Program-made: the position numbers and the translations under genes
Shown here: positions 11,285-23,798 of the stretch, one piece after another
Numbering within the stretch: the first letter of the stretch is position 1
Layout of the letters: the number at the start of each line of letters is the position of its first letter
Source: Octopus bimaculoides
Lineage: Eukaryota
Length of the DNA stretch: 37,786 nt
Assembly: GCF_001194135.2 (NCBI RefSeq)
Contig: NC_068997.1
Coordinates: 53,858,559 to 53,896,344 of the forward strand
Direction: 5' to 3'
Notes under the pieces: model-generated
What the model was told of the DNA's origin: nothing
Databases searched by the model: none
The model's input: the letters and a program-made list of their open reading frames with translations, nothing else

Positions 11285-11539
11285 NNNNNNNNNNNNNNNN
11301 NNNNNNNNNNNNNNNNNNNNNNNNNNNNNNNNNNNNNNNNNNNNNNNNNNNNNNNNNNNNNNNNNNNNNNNNNNNNNNNNNNNNNNNNNNNNNNNNNNNN
11401 NNNNNNNNNNNNNNNNNNNNNNNNNNNNNNNNNNNNNNNNNNNNNNNNNNNNNNNNNNNNNNNNNNNNNNNNNNNNNNNNNNNNNNNNNNNNNNNNNNNN
11501 NNNNNNNNNNNNNNNNNNNNNNNNNNNNNNNNNNNNNNN

Positions 11540-11570
<31 letters not shown>

Positions 11571-11596
11571 ACATACGTACACGTACACATACACAC

Positions 11597-11645
<49 letters not shown>

Positions 11646-11975
11646 CAGATATACATATATATGCTTTTCTTTGTACCTCATAAATCAAATGTAAACTGTT
11701 TGTTTGTAGTTTATACCTTGTTTTTATTTCTTTGCTGTCCAAATATCTAACTCACTTCTTTGCCCCTCCTCCTTGCTATATATTTTCCCAGTTTTTTTTC
11801 TGAAGATGAATGTGTGTATATATATATATATATGCATGTATGTAGGTATACGTACATATATATATGGACATTTGTATGTATGCATTTATTCAAATATATA
11901 AGTCCATATATCTATGTACATTAGTGCGTATATATGTATGTATAAATGAATATATAAATGTACGTGTGAATTCAC

Positions 11976-12060
<85 letters not shown>

Positions 12061-12075
12061 GCTAGCTAGCTAGCT
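11976..12075. repeat. (TCTA)n switching to (GCTA)n
   Basis: Directly visible. Confidence 0.95.
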
Positions 12076-12406
12076 ATCCAAATATATATATATATACACT
12101 TATATGCATATATATATATATGTAAATGTACGTGAGCATGTTAATAAGTATGGTAGATATAATGCAGCATATGTATATGTTGGTACACACAAACATATAT
12201 TTTTTCTCTGCTCTTTCTTTCTTTCCGTCTGCCTCTCTCTCTTTCTCTGTCTCTCTCTTTCTCTGTCTCTCTCTTTCTCTTTCTCTCTCTTACTCTCTCC
12301 CCCTCTGATATCCGCTCGAACGTTTTCTTAAACATACAACATGCACAAAGACATACTACATACACAAACATTCTCGTATACACATACCCATTTTAATACA
12401 CACACA

Positions 12407-12440
<34 letters not shown>

Positions 12441-12444
12441 AATA

Positions 12445-12478
<34 letters not shown>

Positions 12479-13294
12479 NNNNNNNNNNNNNNNNNNNNNN
12501 NNNNNNNNNNNNNNNNNNNNNNNNNNNNNNNNNNNNNNNNNNNNNNNNNNNNNNNNNNNNNNNNNNNNNNNNNNNNNNNNNNNNNNNNNNNNNNNNNNNN
12601 NNNNNNNNNNNNNNNNNNNNNNNNNNNNNNNNNNNNNNNNNNNNNNNNNNNNNNNNNNNNNNNNNNNNNNNNNNNNNNNNNNNNNNNNNNNNNNNNNNNN
12701 NNNNNNNNNNNNNNNNNNNNNNNNNNNNNNNNNNNNNNNNNNNNNNNNNNNNNNNNNNNNNNNNNNNNNNNNNNNNNNNNNNNNNNNNNNNNNNNNNNNN
12801 NNNNNNNNNNNNNNNNNNNNNNNNNNNNNNNNNNNNNNNNNNNNNNNNNNNNNNNNNNNNNNNNNNNNNNNNNNNNNNNNNNNNNNNNNNNNNNNNNNNN
12901 NNNNNNNNNNNNNNNNNNNNNNNNNNNNNNNNNNNNNNNNNTATATATATATATATATATATATATGTATCTATGCACATGTAGTATACATGAATTAATG
13001 TAGGCATTTATATATATACGTATAGTGTGTGTTATGTTGTTTTATCATTACAATCATTTCCTAATATCTTCGGGTAGTTTCACTAAATTGCAAATATGGC
13101 TGCCGTTGCAGTTTATATTTTGATGACACCACAACATCGAAGAGAAGGAATCCGGAAACAGTTATTTGATATAGAATATTTATCATTCTTATTTATACTC
13201 GTCTTACATCGTAAACCACATATTTTCTCATATTTAAAAGAAAAAAAATATCTTTATTTTTCTCTTGCGTTATCTCACATTCGTAGATAGGAAC

Positions 13295-13349
<55 letters not shown>

Positions 13350-14799
13350 TACACACACATACACACACCTATTTGTATATACATATATTCATATATTTAT
13401 AGATTTATATGAATGATTATGTACATATGTACATATATGCATATATATATATATATGCATATATGTACACACATATATACATACCTGCACACACACATGT
13501 GTACCCGAAAAAAAACGTAGAGATCCATGAACGCAAAGCGAAAAATATACATGTATATAGATACACATATACGAATGTGTATTTATATAATACATACATA
13601 CATANNNNNNNNNNACACACATACATATAAACTTGCGCACACATATCTAAACGCGTCGATAACTTTGAGAATGTGTTTCTTTTCTACTCTGCGTTAATAT
13701 TTCAGAGACTGACTATAATGTTAGGACTTCATATATTATGGATTTCTGCGATTATAAAGTTGGGAAACATTGTTAGGAAATTGTATGTGCCTACCATTGT
13801 TCTCGTGTTCCCTTGGATTTCTGATGTACTTCAGAATCTGAAAAATATCTGCTTTCAAGAGAATTGCGGAAAGATGATTCCGATTGTAATAAAAAAAGAA
13901 AACACACCATACACATATAGAGAGAGGAAGTGACATAAGAGCATGCTAACAGCTGTGTGATATATTTTCTCTGTTATAACTTTCCTAGAGAACCTCTAAG
14001 CGGTAATTCGAGCTGCTAAAATGGCAGTCAAATGTCTCTAAAATCCGATCTAGTTACTTTAAAAAAAGACAGATAGATTGGCTAATGCGATACTAAATAC
14101 ATTGTAAGTAGAAATTAGAATAAGCCTGGTTGTTCACGTTTGGAAGACTTTTAGACCAGACCTTTCCCTAAACCACAGAAAAGAAAAAGACGATTTTTGT
14201 TCGCTGTCACTTCTAACACACAGAATATATTCTTCTGTACATTACAGAGAAGAACTACAAAGAGAAAGGTTGCATTGACCCGATACTCAACAATTTAGAT
14301 ATGCGAAATAATATGACAACGAAGATGGCGCCCAAGGAATAAGAAAAGGCAGATAAAAGTTTTCTACCTACAAAACTAATCCACAGTATTATCCAAAAGC
14401 ATTGATATAAATTGTCCAGAAACCAGGAACATTTGTAATCATTTGAGTTTCTTATTTCGTCATTGGAACATGAATCAGCATTTAATGATCAGGGTGTGTA
14501 ATGAACATACATTTGTCTCAAAGGAGATGTTCTCCTATGACGAAATTCAACAGCGATTAGTGTGTTCACGTTCAAATCTACCTGGATGAATTTAGAATGA
14601 ATAATGTGTTGACTCTCACTCTCAATCGTACATAACAGGATTTATTATCATGGGTGTATATCAGCTCGGATCAGTAAAATATTTGTTCGATGGAGTGATA
14701 ATCAAGAAGCGCAAACATTTATTAGATTCAGTGGTCCGTGATCGCTGTAGCTGAGGAGACACAACGCTAACAAGTTGAGGGTGTCATGAAGTCGCATTT

Positions 14800-14838
14800 A
14801 TATCTATCTATTTATCTATCTATCTATCTCTCTATCTC

Positions 14839-14900
<62 letters not shown>

Positions 14901-14905
14901 AATCT
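14800..14905. repeat. (TCTA)n/(TC)n microsatellite
   Basis: Directly visible. Confidence 0.93.
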
Positions 14906-15336
14906 CTCTCTCTATCTATCTGTCTCTCTAATTATATATATCTCTCTCTCTTTGTCTATCTATCTGTTCCAGTCCATTCTATTCTATTTTATTCTCCGTA
15001 TCACATATATAAAAGTGTAGACATTGATATATTCCAATATATATGTATATGAAATTTCGAAATTGTGTGTGCGTATGTGTGTGTGTGTGTGTGTGTGCGG
15101 GTGAGTATGACTGATAGAGCGACAGAGGAATGAATCGAGAGAGTAGAAAAGAGGGGGAAGATCACTAGGAGATAAAATTGTTTCGATTCCAAATTCCAGT
15201 CTAGTTGAATTGAACCGTTTCTTTCTAGATTATCTATAATCCTTATATTTTAATCTCAATAATACCTCTACACTTAGTATGGTATTAATAATGACTTGTG
15301 GCTTGTTTCTCACCAGCTTTACTTTTGCACACTTGA

Positions 15337-15441
15337 GGATGATGACGACGACGATGATGATGACGACGACGATTATTATTATCATTATTGTTGTTGTTGT
15401 TGTTATTATTATTATTGTTATTATTATTGTTATTATTATTA

Positions 15442-15514
<73 letters not shown>
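15337..15514. repeat. Compound trinucleotide tract (GAT/GAC then TTG/TTA)
   Basis: Directly visible. Confidence 0.93.
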
Positions 15515-15515
<1 letters not shown>

Positions 15516-15527
15516 TGTTTATTTATG

Positions 15528-15735
15528 AAGACGCATGGCCAAGTGGTCCTCATATTGCTCTCACAATTGAGAGATCGTGTTTTTAATTCCTATGCTGGGC
15601 CGTGCGTTGTGTTCTTCAGCTAAACACTTCATCGCCCATTATTCTGCGATCCCTTCGACACCTGACGCGTGGTACCCCGTGCACCTGCTCGGGCAACGTC
15701 GATTTGATGGAGAGAATGAGTTAATGTATTGCACA
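15528..15735 (+). mobile_element. tRNA-derived SINE, third family (C), partial
   Basis: A-box TGGCCAAGTGG at the 5' end, degenerate B-box GTTTTTAATTCC, then GCGTTGTGTTCTTCAGCTAAACACTTCAT, typical of tRNA-SINE bodies. Starts right after a (TTA)n tract. Single copy in the window, so family status is inferred. Confidence 0.6.
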
Positions 15736-15777
15736 CAAACACACAAACACACACACGCGCGCACACACGCACGCATA

Positions 15778-15930
15778 CGAGGGCTTTCTTTCAGTTTCTG
15801 TCTAGGAAATCCATTCAAAAGTCTTTGGTCAGCCCGAGGCTATGGTTGAAGACACTTGCCCAAGGTACCTCTCAGTAGGACCCGGAATCATGTGATTGAG
15901 AAGCAAATTTCTTATCACACAGCCACGCTT
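15778..15930 (-). mobile_element. SINE family B 5' half
   Basis: Reverse complement of the family B head and body (CTTTCAGTTTCTGTCT...AAGACACTTGCCCAAGG...CACACAGCCACGC). Confidence 0.82.
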
Positions 15931-16554
15931 GAAATACAATGAAACTTTTGACGACCCGTACTATCAATAATTAATTCATGACTGCATGAATGAGTTACAT
16001 AACTTCAATATCTGCGGAAAATTACGAATATTGTAATTCGGTACGATACACTTTATCTTTGAGAGTGACGAAGGCAGAGAAACAGGTGTGGCTATTTTGA
16101 TTGAGAAATACAAAACTGTTTCTAACTTACAACCTAGGCAACAACACCAATTTCCTGTATTTTCTTTAGCATCAAAGACGACGAGCTTGTTACCGAAACG
16201 TTACATTCTTTATTTCTCACGCCAAGTAAACTTATTGAAATCTGTTCTTGTATGAACTCTTCTACTTACAATTAAATCGATAATTATAAAGAGAAAGAAA
16301 ACAGAAAAAAAAAGTATTAGCGACAAAAATAAAAATGAAATATATGTGGAAACTAATGAAAGAAAGAGCATCGAAACAGTTAATTGTGAAAAAAAGATGG
16401 ATGAACTGACGAAGCGATAAAGTATTTCGGCAGAAAAAGAAAACCACAAAAACTCACGATTGAGAACCGGAAATCAATACGGTATCTTTTCAATTTCTCA
16501 TACATTCATAGACATAAACATAGACATAAATATACACCACATATTTTATCACGC

Positions 16555-16569
16555 GCACGCACACACACA

Positions 16570-16660
<91 letters not shown>

Positions 16661-16667
16661 ACACAAA
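16555..16667. repeat. (CA)n microsatellite
   Basis: Directly visible. Confidence 0.97.
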
Positions 16668-17099
16668 TATACACACAGATATCGTGCCATAAACATCGTT
16701 GCATTTTACACTCGTATTGCACAGAAGAGACACACTCTATAAAATCACGTACGCATACACATGTATGCAGGAATACACACAGAAAACTATTCATACACGC
16801 CCATACACACAATTCACAGAAATTATACAAAAAAGCAACACAAATCGCATCCATATATATACATATATATGTATGTCTACACACACACACACACACGCAT
16901 ATATATATTGTTATTCATTTATGTATGAGATTGAAGAAATGATATAGAAGCTTATGGGAAAATGAATGTATAATGTGGTATATATTTCTGTGAAGTTTTT
17001 CAACGAGTTATCAGTATGTACAGGGTAATGAGTGTATACTCGGAACGTTAGAAAAATCGATATATACACTCATACATATACGAAAATACGTACACTTAT

Positions 17100-17130
<31 letters not shown>

Positions 17131-18942
17131 NNNNNNNNNNNNNNNNNNNNNNNNNNNNNNNNNNNNNNNNNNNNNNNNNNNNNNNNNNNNNNNNNNNNNN
17201 NNNNNNNNNNNNNNNNNNNNNNNNNNNNNNNNNNNNNNNNNNNNNNNNNNNNNNNNNNNNNNNNNNNNNNNNNNNNNNNNNNNNNNNNNNNNNNNNNNNN
17301 NNNNNNNNNNNNNNNNNNNNNNNNNNNNNNNNNNNNNNNNNNNNNNNNNNNNNNNNNNNNNNNNNNNNNNNNNNNNNNNNNNNNNNNNNNNNNNNNNNNN
17401 NNNNNNNNNNNNNNNNNNNNNNNNNNNNNNNNNNNNNNNNNNNNNNNNNNNNNNNNNNNNNNNNNNNNNNNNNNNNNNNNNNNNNNNNNNTATATACATA
17501 CATATACATACACAAATACACACACACACAGACACACACACACACATATATGCGTGTGTGCGCTTTGCTTCTAATTAACAAGATATCTGAGTGTTGTTGT
17601 TAAAGGTAAATATCATTGTTACACGAGTGAATTGGCTGGATTTGAAAGATCGATGTTCTTGTTTTCTAGTCTTGTTAACACCTCATCAGAGAAAGATTAG
17701 ACATTTTTGTACACACATAGAAATGAATAACAGATACTCCTTTATAGAAGGTACCCACCGGTACTCAGCTACATCTGATGTGCGGAAGAATGCACATCCT
17801 TGGCAACCTGAATCAAGACAGACCTACAAGCAAATACTTCCGCATATGGTCATTACCTAAATTTCGTATGTGCTGTTGGATTTTTGAAGATCATAAGAAG
17901 TGATTTGTGGAAGTGCTTTCCATTGTTTCTTGCGTGTTATGGCACTGAATTGGGGGCTCACCGTGCGATGATGTTTTTGTTGTTCGTTTTTAATACCAAG
18001 TCAAATATAACTTAGCACTGTTCATCCCAGATATTCCCATCGCATCCTTACGGTTACCTCTTGCGTGATGTATACGCTATTGGCCCTTTCTTTCATCTGT
18101 GGTTTGAGTGTGACATGACTGTTATCTCTAGCAACTTAAACGAACGTGCAGAAAAATATTTGTGACTGTAGCTATTTTTCTTTGCTGTTGTTGTTGTCCA
18201 GAGAATTTATAGTCATTGAACAGACGTTGAGTGACACAGACATTTACACTAGCGCCATCTAGATCTGAGCATAAACATATTTTTGCAAAGAATGTGGGTG
18301 TTAATGTCATGTTGCACCAGACCAGACCAGACCTGATCTGTTATATCTAGCAATTCCAGAGATTGTATATAGGTCTACGTTTGGCCACATCATTCTTTTC
18401 ATTAAGGTTGGACATAGAATAAACGATAAAAGCAGGAACAGAAACAACGACAACGACAGCAACATCAATAAACGTCACTGCATCTTATTTTCCTAGACTA
18501 GTTCACCAGTGGCTGGAAGGCGCAGCGAGCGATTTGTTTAAAAATGCAACCTACAGTAGATCAATTGTTAAGGACGTTAGACCGCAGGGAGGGCTATGAT
18601 AGAATCTTACCGTAGGCGAACCAACACTGACTATATGAAGACCATTGAATCTCTTGAATTGTTTGTGCACATATATGAAATAGTACAACAGTACTATAGA
18701 ATGTTTGTACATTAGTAAGTCTATTTATATAATATATTCATGTCATATATGATTATACACATCTATCTATGATTGAACAAACCCAGAAATTCTACACAAC
18801 CAAACTCAGAGACATTTCTTTGAGCTTGTATGTGTGTATGCCGACATTACATATAGATGCGCATATAAGCATGCATACACATACGTATAAATGATGTAAA
18901 TATATATACACAGCTAATATATATTCACACACATATGTATTA

Positions 18943-18997
<55 letters not shown>

Positions 18998-19143
18998 NNN
19001 NNNNNNNNNNNNNNNNNNNNNNNNNNNNNNNNNNNNNNNNNNNNNNNNNNNNNNNNNNNNNNNNNNNNNNNNNNNNNNNNNNNNNNNNNNNNNNNNNNNN
19101 NNNNNNNNNNNNNNNNNNNNNNNNNNNNNNNNNNNNNNNNNNN

Positions 19144-19178
<35 letters not shown>

Positions 19179-19594
19179 AATTGTGAGTGTTGTGAGTGTT
19201 GGGAATATCAAAACGAAGATGAGTTAGAGGTGTACATAAAGAGAAAAAGAGAGTGAGAGAGAGAGAGAGAGAGTGAGGAGTGGGGTGAAGATAGATTAAG
19301 AGGGGATTATAAAGGGACAAAGAAGAACAATATAGCGATGCTCCAGATACGAAAAAAAGCGTGATTGATAACAGGGAATATGATATCACGTGTCAAATGA
19401 TATTATATTCAAATGTGAAAATAATATTATGAAGTAATATAAAATATAACGTGACCTACCAGCTTGAAATAGGATTATTAACGACACAATGGGCTACTAT
19501 GCTAGGGAAATAACTGAATGTAGAAATGGTTTTTATTTTCAGAATTCCATAATTGGGACCATAAAAAGCGAATTTAATACGCCCCATTGTGGGA

Positions 19595-19595
<1 letters not shown>

Positions 19596-19668
<73 letters not shown>

Positions 19669-19675
19669 CTCTATC
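19596..19675. repeat. (TCTA)n microsatellite
   Basis: Directly visible. Confidence 0.95.
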
Positions 19676-20009
19676 TACATACATACATACGTATGTGTAT
19701 GGCTGTGTATAAATACATGTGGGTATGTGTTTATACACAGCCATATGTCTATGTGTGTGCAGTTATGGGTGTATGACTACATGCATGAAAGCATGTATAT
19801 ACATATATCTCTGAATATACACACATAACTTTAAATTGGTAAGTGTATTGGTATTAAGTTTATTGGTAAGTTTAATGGCTGAATGCAGTTCGAGACTAAG
19901 TCCTCACGTGTCAGTAGTCTTTTATCTACGAATGTAAATGTGTTTATGTCGATATGTGTATCGTATTTATAGACACAGGCCCATAGATACGCACATACAA
20001 ACATAGTTT

Positions 20010-20425
20010 GATATTAGTTCGTCCATCTTGTCGACCATGTCCAAGGATATCCCTTGGGAGAATAAGTTGAGCTAATGTGTGTCCGGCTGTGGCCAATTAG
20101 TCCGATGCCTACTCAGAAGGTTCTACTGCAGGTCAGGCACTGGTGGTCTGCTGAGACTGAAGGCGAGGAGTTCGATCTGGGCTTGCGCAGTGTATCAGCA
20201 ATCGTGTTCTGTTCGCAAGAGGTGGTATCTCTGTTGTGGCAGCTTTGGTTGGCAGGGTGCATTTGCGCTTGCATTTTCAGGTGATCTAGTTCATCTCAAA
20301 GCTCTTTAGTGAGGCTTTGATTGTATTCTTGAGCCCTTTTTCTACCCACCTATGTGCACTTGCCTTCCTCCTGTTCGCTGTAAAACGGTCTCTTGGGGAG
20401 TTGTGCGTCAAGCATTTGAACAACA
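20010..20425 (-). mobile_element. RTE-clade LINE 3' end, decayed
   Basis: Minus translation MLDAQLPKRPFYSEQEEGKCT*VGRKGLKNTIKASLKSFEMN* matches the RTE 'RLPKxxFYGELxxGKRxxGGQxKRxKDxLKxSLK' motif. After frameshifts it gives HQCLTCSRTF*VGIGLIGHSRTH (C-terminal CxxC...HxxxH), then a short 3' UTR ending GATGGACGAAC. Confidence 0.85.
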
Positions 20426-20697
20426 TACATACAAGTCTAATCTGCTGTTAAAATAAAACACAAGGCCGAACTTGGAATTGTGACACAGCGGAGCGGACTT
20501 GGACATTCCATAATGACCGGATATGATGTAGTAAGTAGAAGTAAAGAGACAACTGGTGCTTGGTGAGAAGAGGGGAAGGGATTGGGTCTAATGGTGGCAA
20601 AATGACCAAGAAAGACATCGGCGGTGTGGAAACGAAACGTTTGGGTGAAATGTGAGGAGACAATGGAGGGAATCTGATTTTGTAGACCATCTGGAAG

Positions 20698-20739
<42 letters not shown>

Positions 20740-20749
20740 NNNNNNNNNN

Positions 20750-20789
<40 letters not shown>

Positions 20790-20793
<4 letters not shown>

Positions 20794-21240
20794 TTCGAAG
20801 CGTATCTCTATTTTATCTACTTTCCATACATTTGAAAATCCTTTACCGGGACTCATCATCAGCTTTGTATTCCGGGGTCACTGGATGTTTTGGGATTTTC
20901 AAAGTTAACCTTGTCTGGGTGACCCGACCAAAGTTGATCAAGCCTTGGTCCATGCCCACGCTGTATTTTATTGAGGCTATTCCACATCACGTTTTATCTA
21001 CAGCCATCCAAATGTTTTCTCTGCAGCCTCCAAGATGCACTTCCTGGTTCTTCTAATCATTTCTGTGATGTCCAAATTTCTATACGTAAGCGTTACTGCT
21101 AGCATAGGTGTTGTCCTGCATTTATTCTATCCACAGTTTTCCGAGTATTATGTTGTCAATTTACTTTCCACTTCACAGACGTTTAATACCAGTAATATGT
21201 TGATACCAATAATAATGATTATACTCGTTCTTATTTCCCA
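20790..21240 (-). mobile_element. Probable very degenerate R4/Dong-like RLE C-terminus plus 3' UTR, ending at an (ATT)n tract
   Basis: Single-frame minus translation WEIRTSIIIIIG...RTTPMLAVTLTYRNLDI resembles 'WxMKxxVIPIVIGALG...QTTALLxxARILRRVL'. Two stops; weak similarity. Confidence 0.45.
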
Positions 21241-21828
21241 CACTGACTTACTGCTTCAATAAAAAACTAATATAATTTTAAAAATCAAATTAATATGACT
21301 TGCAGATTCGATATTAAATAAAATTATGTGAATTTTGATAAAATTAATATTCATATTATTGGCATTTCTACCTCAATAATTTTGCTTGAATAATTTTTAT
21401 TAAAAATTGAATTTTTTTAAAGAACGATGTATGAAGTTAGTAACTTGTAAATATTGAATTTTATTGTAAGTTTGAGTGTGTGAGTGTGTGTGTGTCTGTG
21501 CGTGGCGCGTGTATATGTGCGTGTGTGTGTGTGTGTGTGTGTGCTGTAATATTCAGGTATATTTGTCTGATACTGTCGTTGTATTATATTCGCATTTATT
21601 TATCCATACCGGAAAAAAAAAATCAGAAGACTAACTAGATTCTTCTCGATGGCGATTTGAAATCAAAACCTGCAAAATGAATTCAAATACTGCAATATCA
21701 CATTATAACTCGATGTTTCACCGTCACAACCAACAAGTCTAAACGCTTCACTGTCCGAGATGAACAACACTGTTATATTGTGGATGTTTAGTCGCATGCC
21801 AGGCTAAAATACACGGATAGCAAAAGAC

Positions 21829-21888
<60 letters not shown>

Positions 21889-22140
21889 TAAAATTATCAT
21901 TATTATTATTATTATTATTAATTTATGTTTGACTTTTGTTTTGCATTTGTACAAGTTGGATCCAAGTCTCACCCAGAGACCTCAAGAGACAACAAGTTAG
22001 AAGTTCATGTAGGTGTTATGCCTAGGGTACCATATATTTTGATTTATACAGTTTTGTTCTAGTGAATGTTTAAGAAACCATAAGAAAATTATGTGTTTGT
22101 TTTAAAATTTGAGATCACATAGACAGTATTTTACGTAGGA

Positions 22141-22189
<49 letters not shown>

Positions 22190-22408
22190 AAGGCGATGAG
22201 CTGGCAGAATCATTAGCATGGTGACCGGACCATCTTATCTACATCTCGTCCATTCTTATGTTCGGAATTCAAATTCCGCCGGGGTTGATTTTGTTTTTCG
22301 TCCTTTCGGAGACGGTGAAATAAGTTTCAGTCGGACACTGGCGTTGATATGCTCGACTAGTTCCCCTCGCATCAAATTCCGGAACTCGTCCCCATATTAG
22401 GAATTATT
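22190..22408 (+). mobile_element. SINE family A, diverged full-length copy
   Basis: AAGGCGATGAGCTGGCAGAATCATTAGC head, AATTCAAATTCCGCCGGGG B-box region, CCTTTCGG core, ATT tail. Begins right after (TTA)n at 22141-22188. Confidence 0.8.
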
Positions 22409-22409
22409 T

Positions 22410-22733
22410 TTATTCATTTATTCGCTTAACTTCTCCTGATTTATCTACATCAAGTCTCCGCTCCATCCCGCAGCTTAGAGATACAACACTTTCCTCAACA
22501 CATGAGATGTTCAATGCATTGCTGCCAATTGAATACTTCGTATGAAGTTTGGCATTTGAAGATTTGACCTCAGAATATTGCTTTCTTTGAGAATGGTTCC
22601 AAGTGCGCCGACCTCAATAGGAACCACACTCACTTCGGAGTTTCTATGAATTCGTTTCACTTCCAGGGTCAGGTCTTGGTACTTCTCGATTTTCTCGCCT
22701 TCTGGCCTAAAGGTATTGCTAAGTCACTGGATT
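22410..22733 (-). mobile_element. 5'-truncated R4/Dong-like non-LTR retrotransposon: RLE endonuclease C-terminus and 3' UTR
   Basis: Minus translation DLAIP / EGEKIEKYQDLTLEVKRIHRNSEVSVVPIEVGALGTILKESNILRSNLQMPNFIRSIQLAAMH*TSHVLRKVLYL* (stop 22475-22477). Contains the D..P / KxxKYxxL / VVPIxVGALG / LRKVL motifs of PD-(D/E)xK RLE domains. Confidence 0.88.
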
Positions 22734-22749
22734 GTTATTATTGTTGTTA

Positions 22750-22788
<39 letters not shown>

Positions 22789-22816
22789 GTTGTTGTTGTT
22801 ATTGTTATTATTATTA

Positions 22817-22996
22817 TACTGCTCAGCAGTATATCGTCTGTCGCTAGGTTCTGAGTTCAAATTCCACCGAGGTCGACTTTTCCTTTCATCCTTTCGGGGT
22901 CGACGAAATAAGTAGCAGTTGAACACTGGAGTCGATGTAATCAACTCATCCCCTCTCCCGCAAAAATGCGGCCCTTGTGGCAAAATCTGAAACCAT
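22817..22996 (+). mobile_element. SINE family A, 5'-truncated
   Basis: GTTCTGAGTTCAAATTCCACCGAGGTCGACTTTTCCTTTCATCCTTTCGGGGTCGACGAAATAAGTAGCAG...GAAACCATTATT. Confidence 0.88.
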
Positions 22997-23030
22997 TATT
23001 ATTATTATTATTATTGTTGTTGTTGTTGTT

Positions 23031-23172
23031 AAGTCCTGGAGGTGGCAGAATCTTTAGCAGGCCGTGTAAAATACTTAGCAACATTTCGCCTGTTTTTACA
23101 TTCTGATTTCAAAATCCGCGGAGATCGACTTTACCTTTTATTGTTTCAGGGTCGGTAAAATAAAAACCAGGT
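23031..23172 (+). mobile_element. SINE family A, 3'-truncated, diverged
   Basis: GGTGGCAGAATCTTTAGCAGGCCG...TTCAAAATCCGCGGAGATCGACTTTACC...CAGGGTCGGTAAAATAA. Confidence 0.75.
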
Positions 23173-23798
23173 AAAGTGGACCTCGGCTAGATATGGATAC
23201 AGAAAATAAAGATCCATATTAAACAGTGCTCACCATTTTGTTTGACAATTCTACCATCGCACTACCAGAAAATAAAAGTAATAATAATACATGTATGACG
23301 ATGTTACAAAGTATATCACCAGTTCACAGATAAAGACTTAAAATAACATTTTGAAATCAAATATATAGATTATACATTATGCACCGTCACCTATTTCTCT
23401 GTAATCAAACATATTGTTAGTATTAAACGCAACATAAGTTTTTATTGATTTCAAAGCACTACAGCGACAATAAGAACAGCTACTGGTGCGGTTGGTTACT
23501 AAATAACTACTTTTGAATATGATACTTGGATTAATGTATGAAGACAACTTGTTCAGTGAATAGCTGAATAAATTGTCTTCGTACATTGATTAAATGAAAA
23601 GAAAGCCTCATTGACCTACAGTCCTATAGAATTCTGTACGGTAGTACAGAGTAAATATAGCAGGCTGTAATAGTTTAGAATCTGTGCAGTTATCGTAAGC
23701 CTCCGTACGATTGCCTTACACTTCAGGGAAAGGGAGATAATTTCACTTAATTGAGAATCTCTTTTCTGTGATCTTAAATAACCTCTTGTTCGTCTCTA

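Noticed and set aside
13700-13900. ORF 13673-13933 with ISAIIKLGNIVRKLY, faintly like an RLE C-terminus
   Set aside because: Lacks the KY..L and GALG motifs; not supportable.
14248-14342. Acceptor plus frame KNYKEKGCIDPILNNLDMRNNMTTKMAPKE* containing AAGATGGCG
   Set aside because: Short, ends in a stop, and has no donor or homology.
18058-18600. Exon-like pieces on both strands (minus 18058-18134; plus from 18497, LVHQWLEGAASDLFK...)
   Set aside because: Mediocre splice signals, short frames, nothing recognisable.
18950-19180. (CA)n and (TG)n facing each other across a gap, suggesting an inversion or hairpin
   Set aside because: CA-TA-TG arrangements occur ungapped elsewhere in the window, and the gap hides the centre.
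20829-20863. Minus-strand CTGATGATGAGTCC-cggtaaa-GGAT, hammerhead-like start
   Set aside because: No GAAA box or stem III follows.
21945-22140. Complex segment sandwiched between two TTA tracts, possibly a TE 3' end
   Set aside because: Single copy in the window with no diagnostic motif; cannot be classified without a repeat search.
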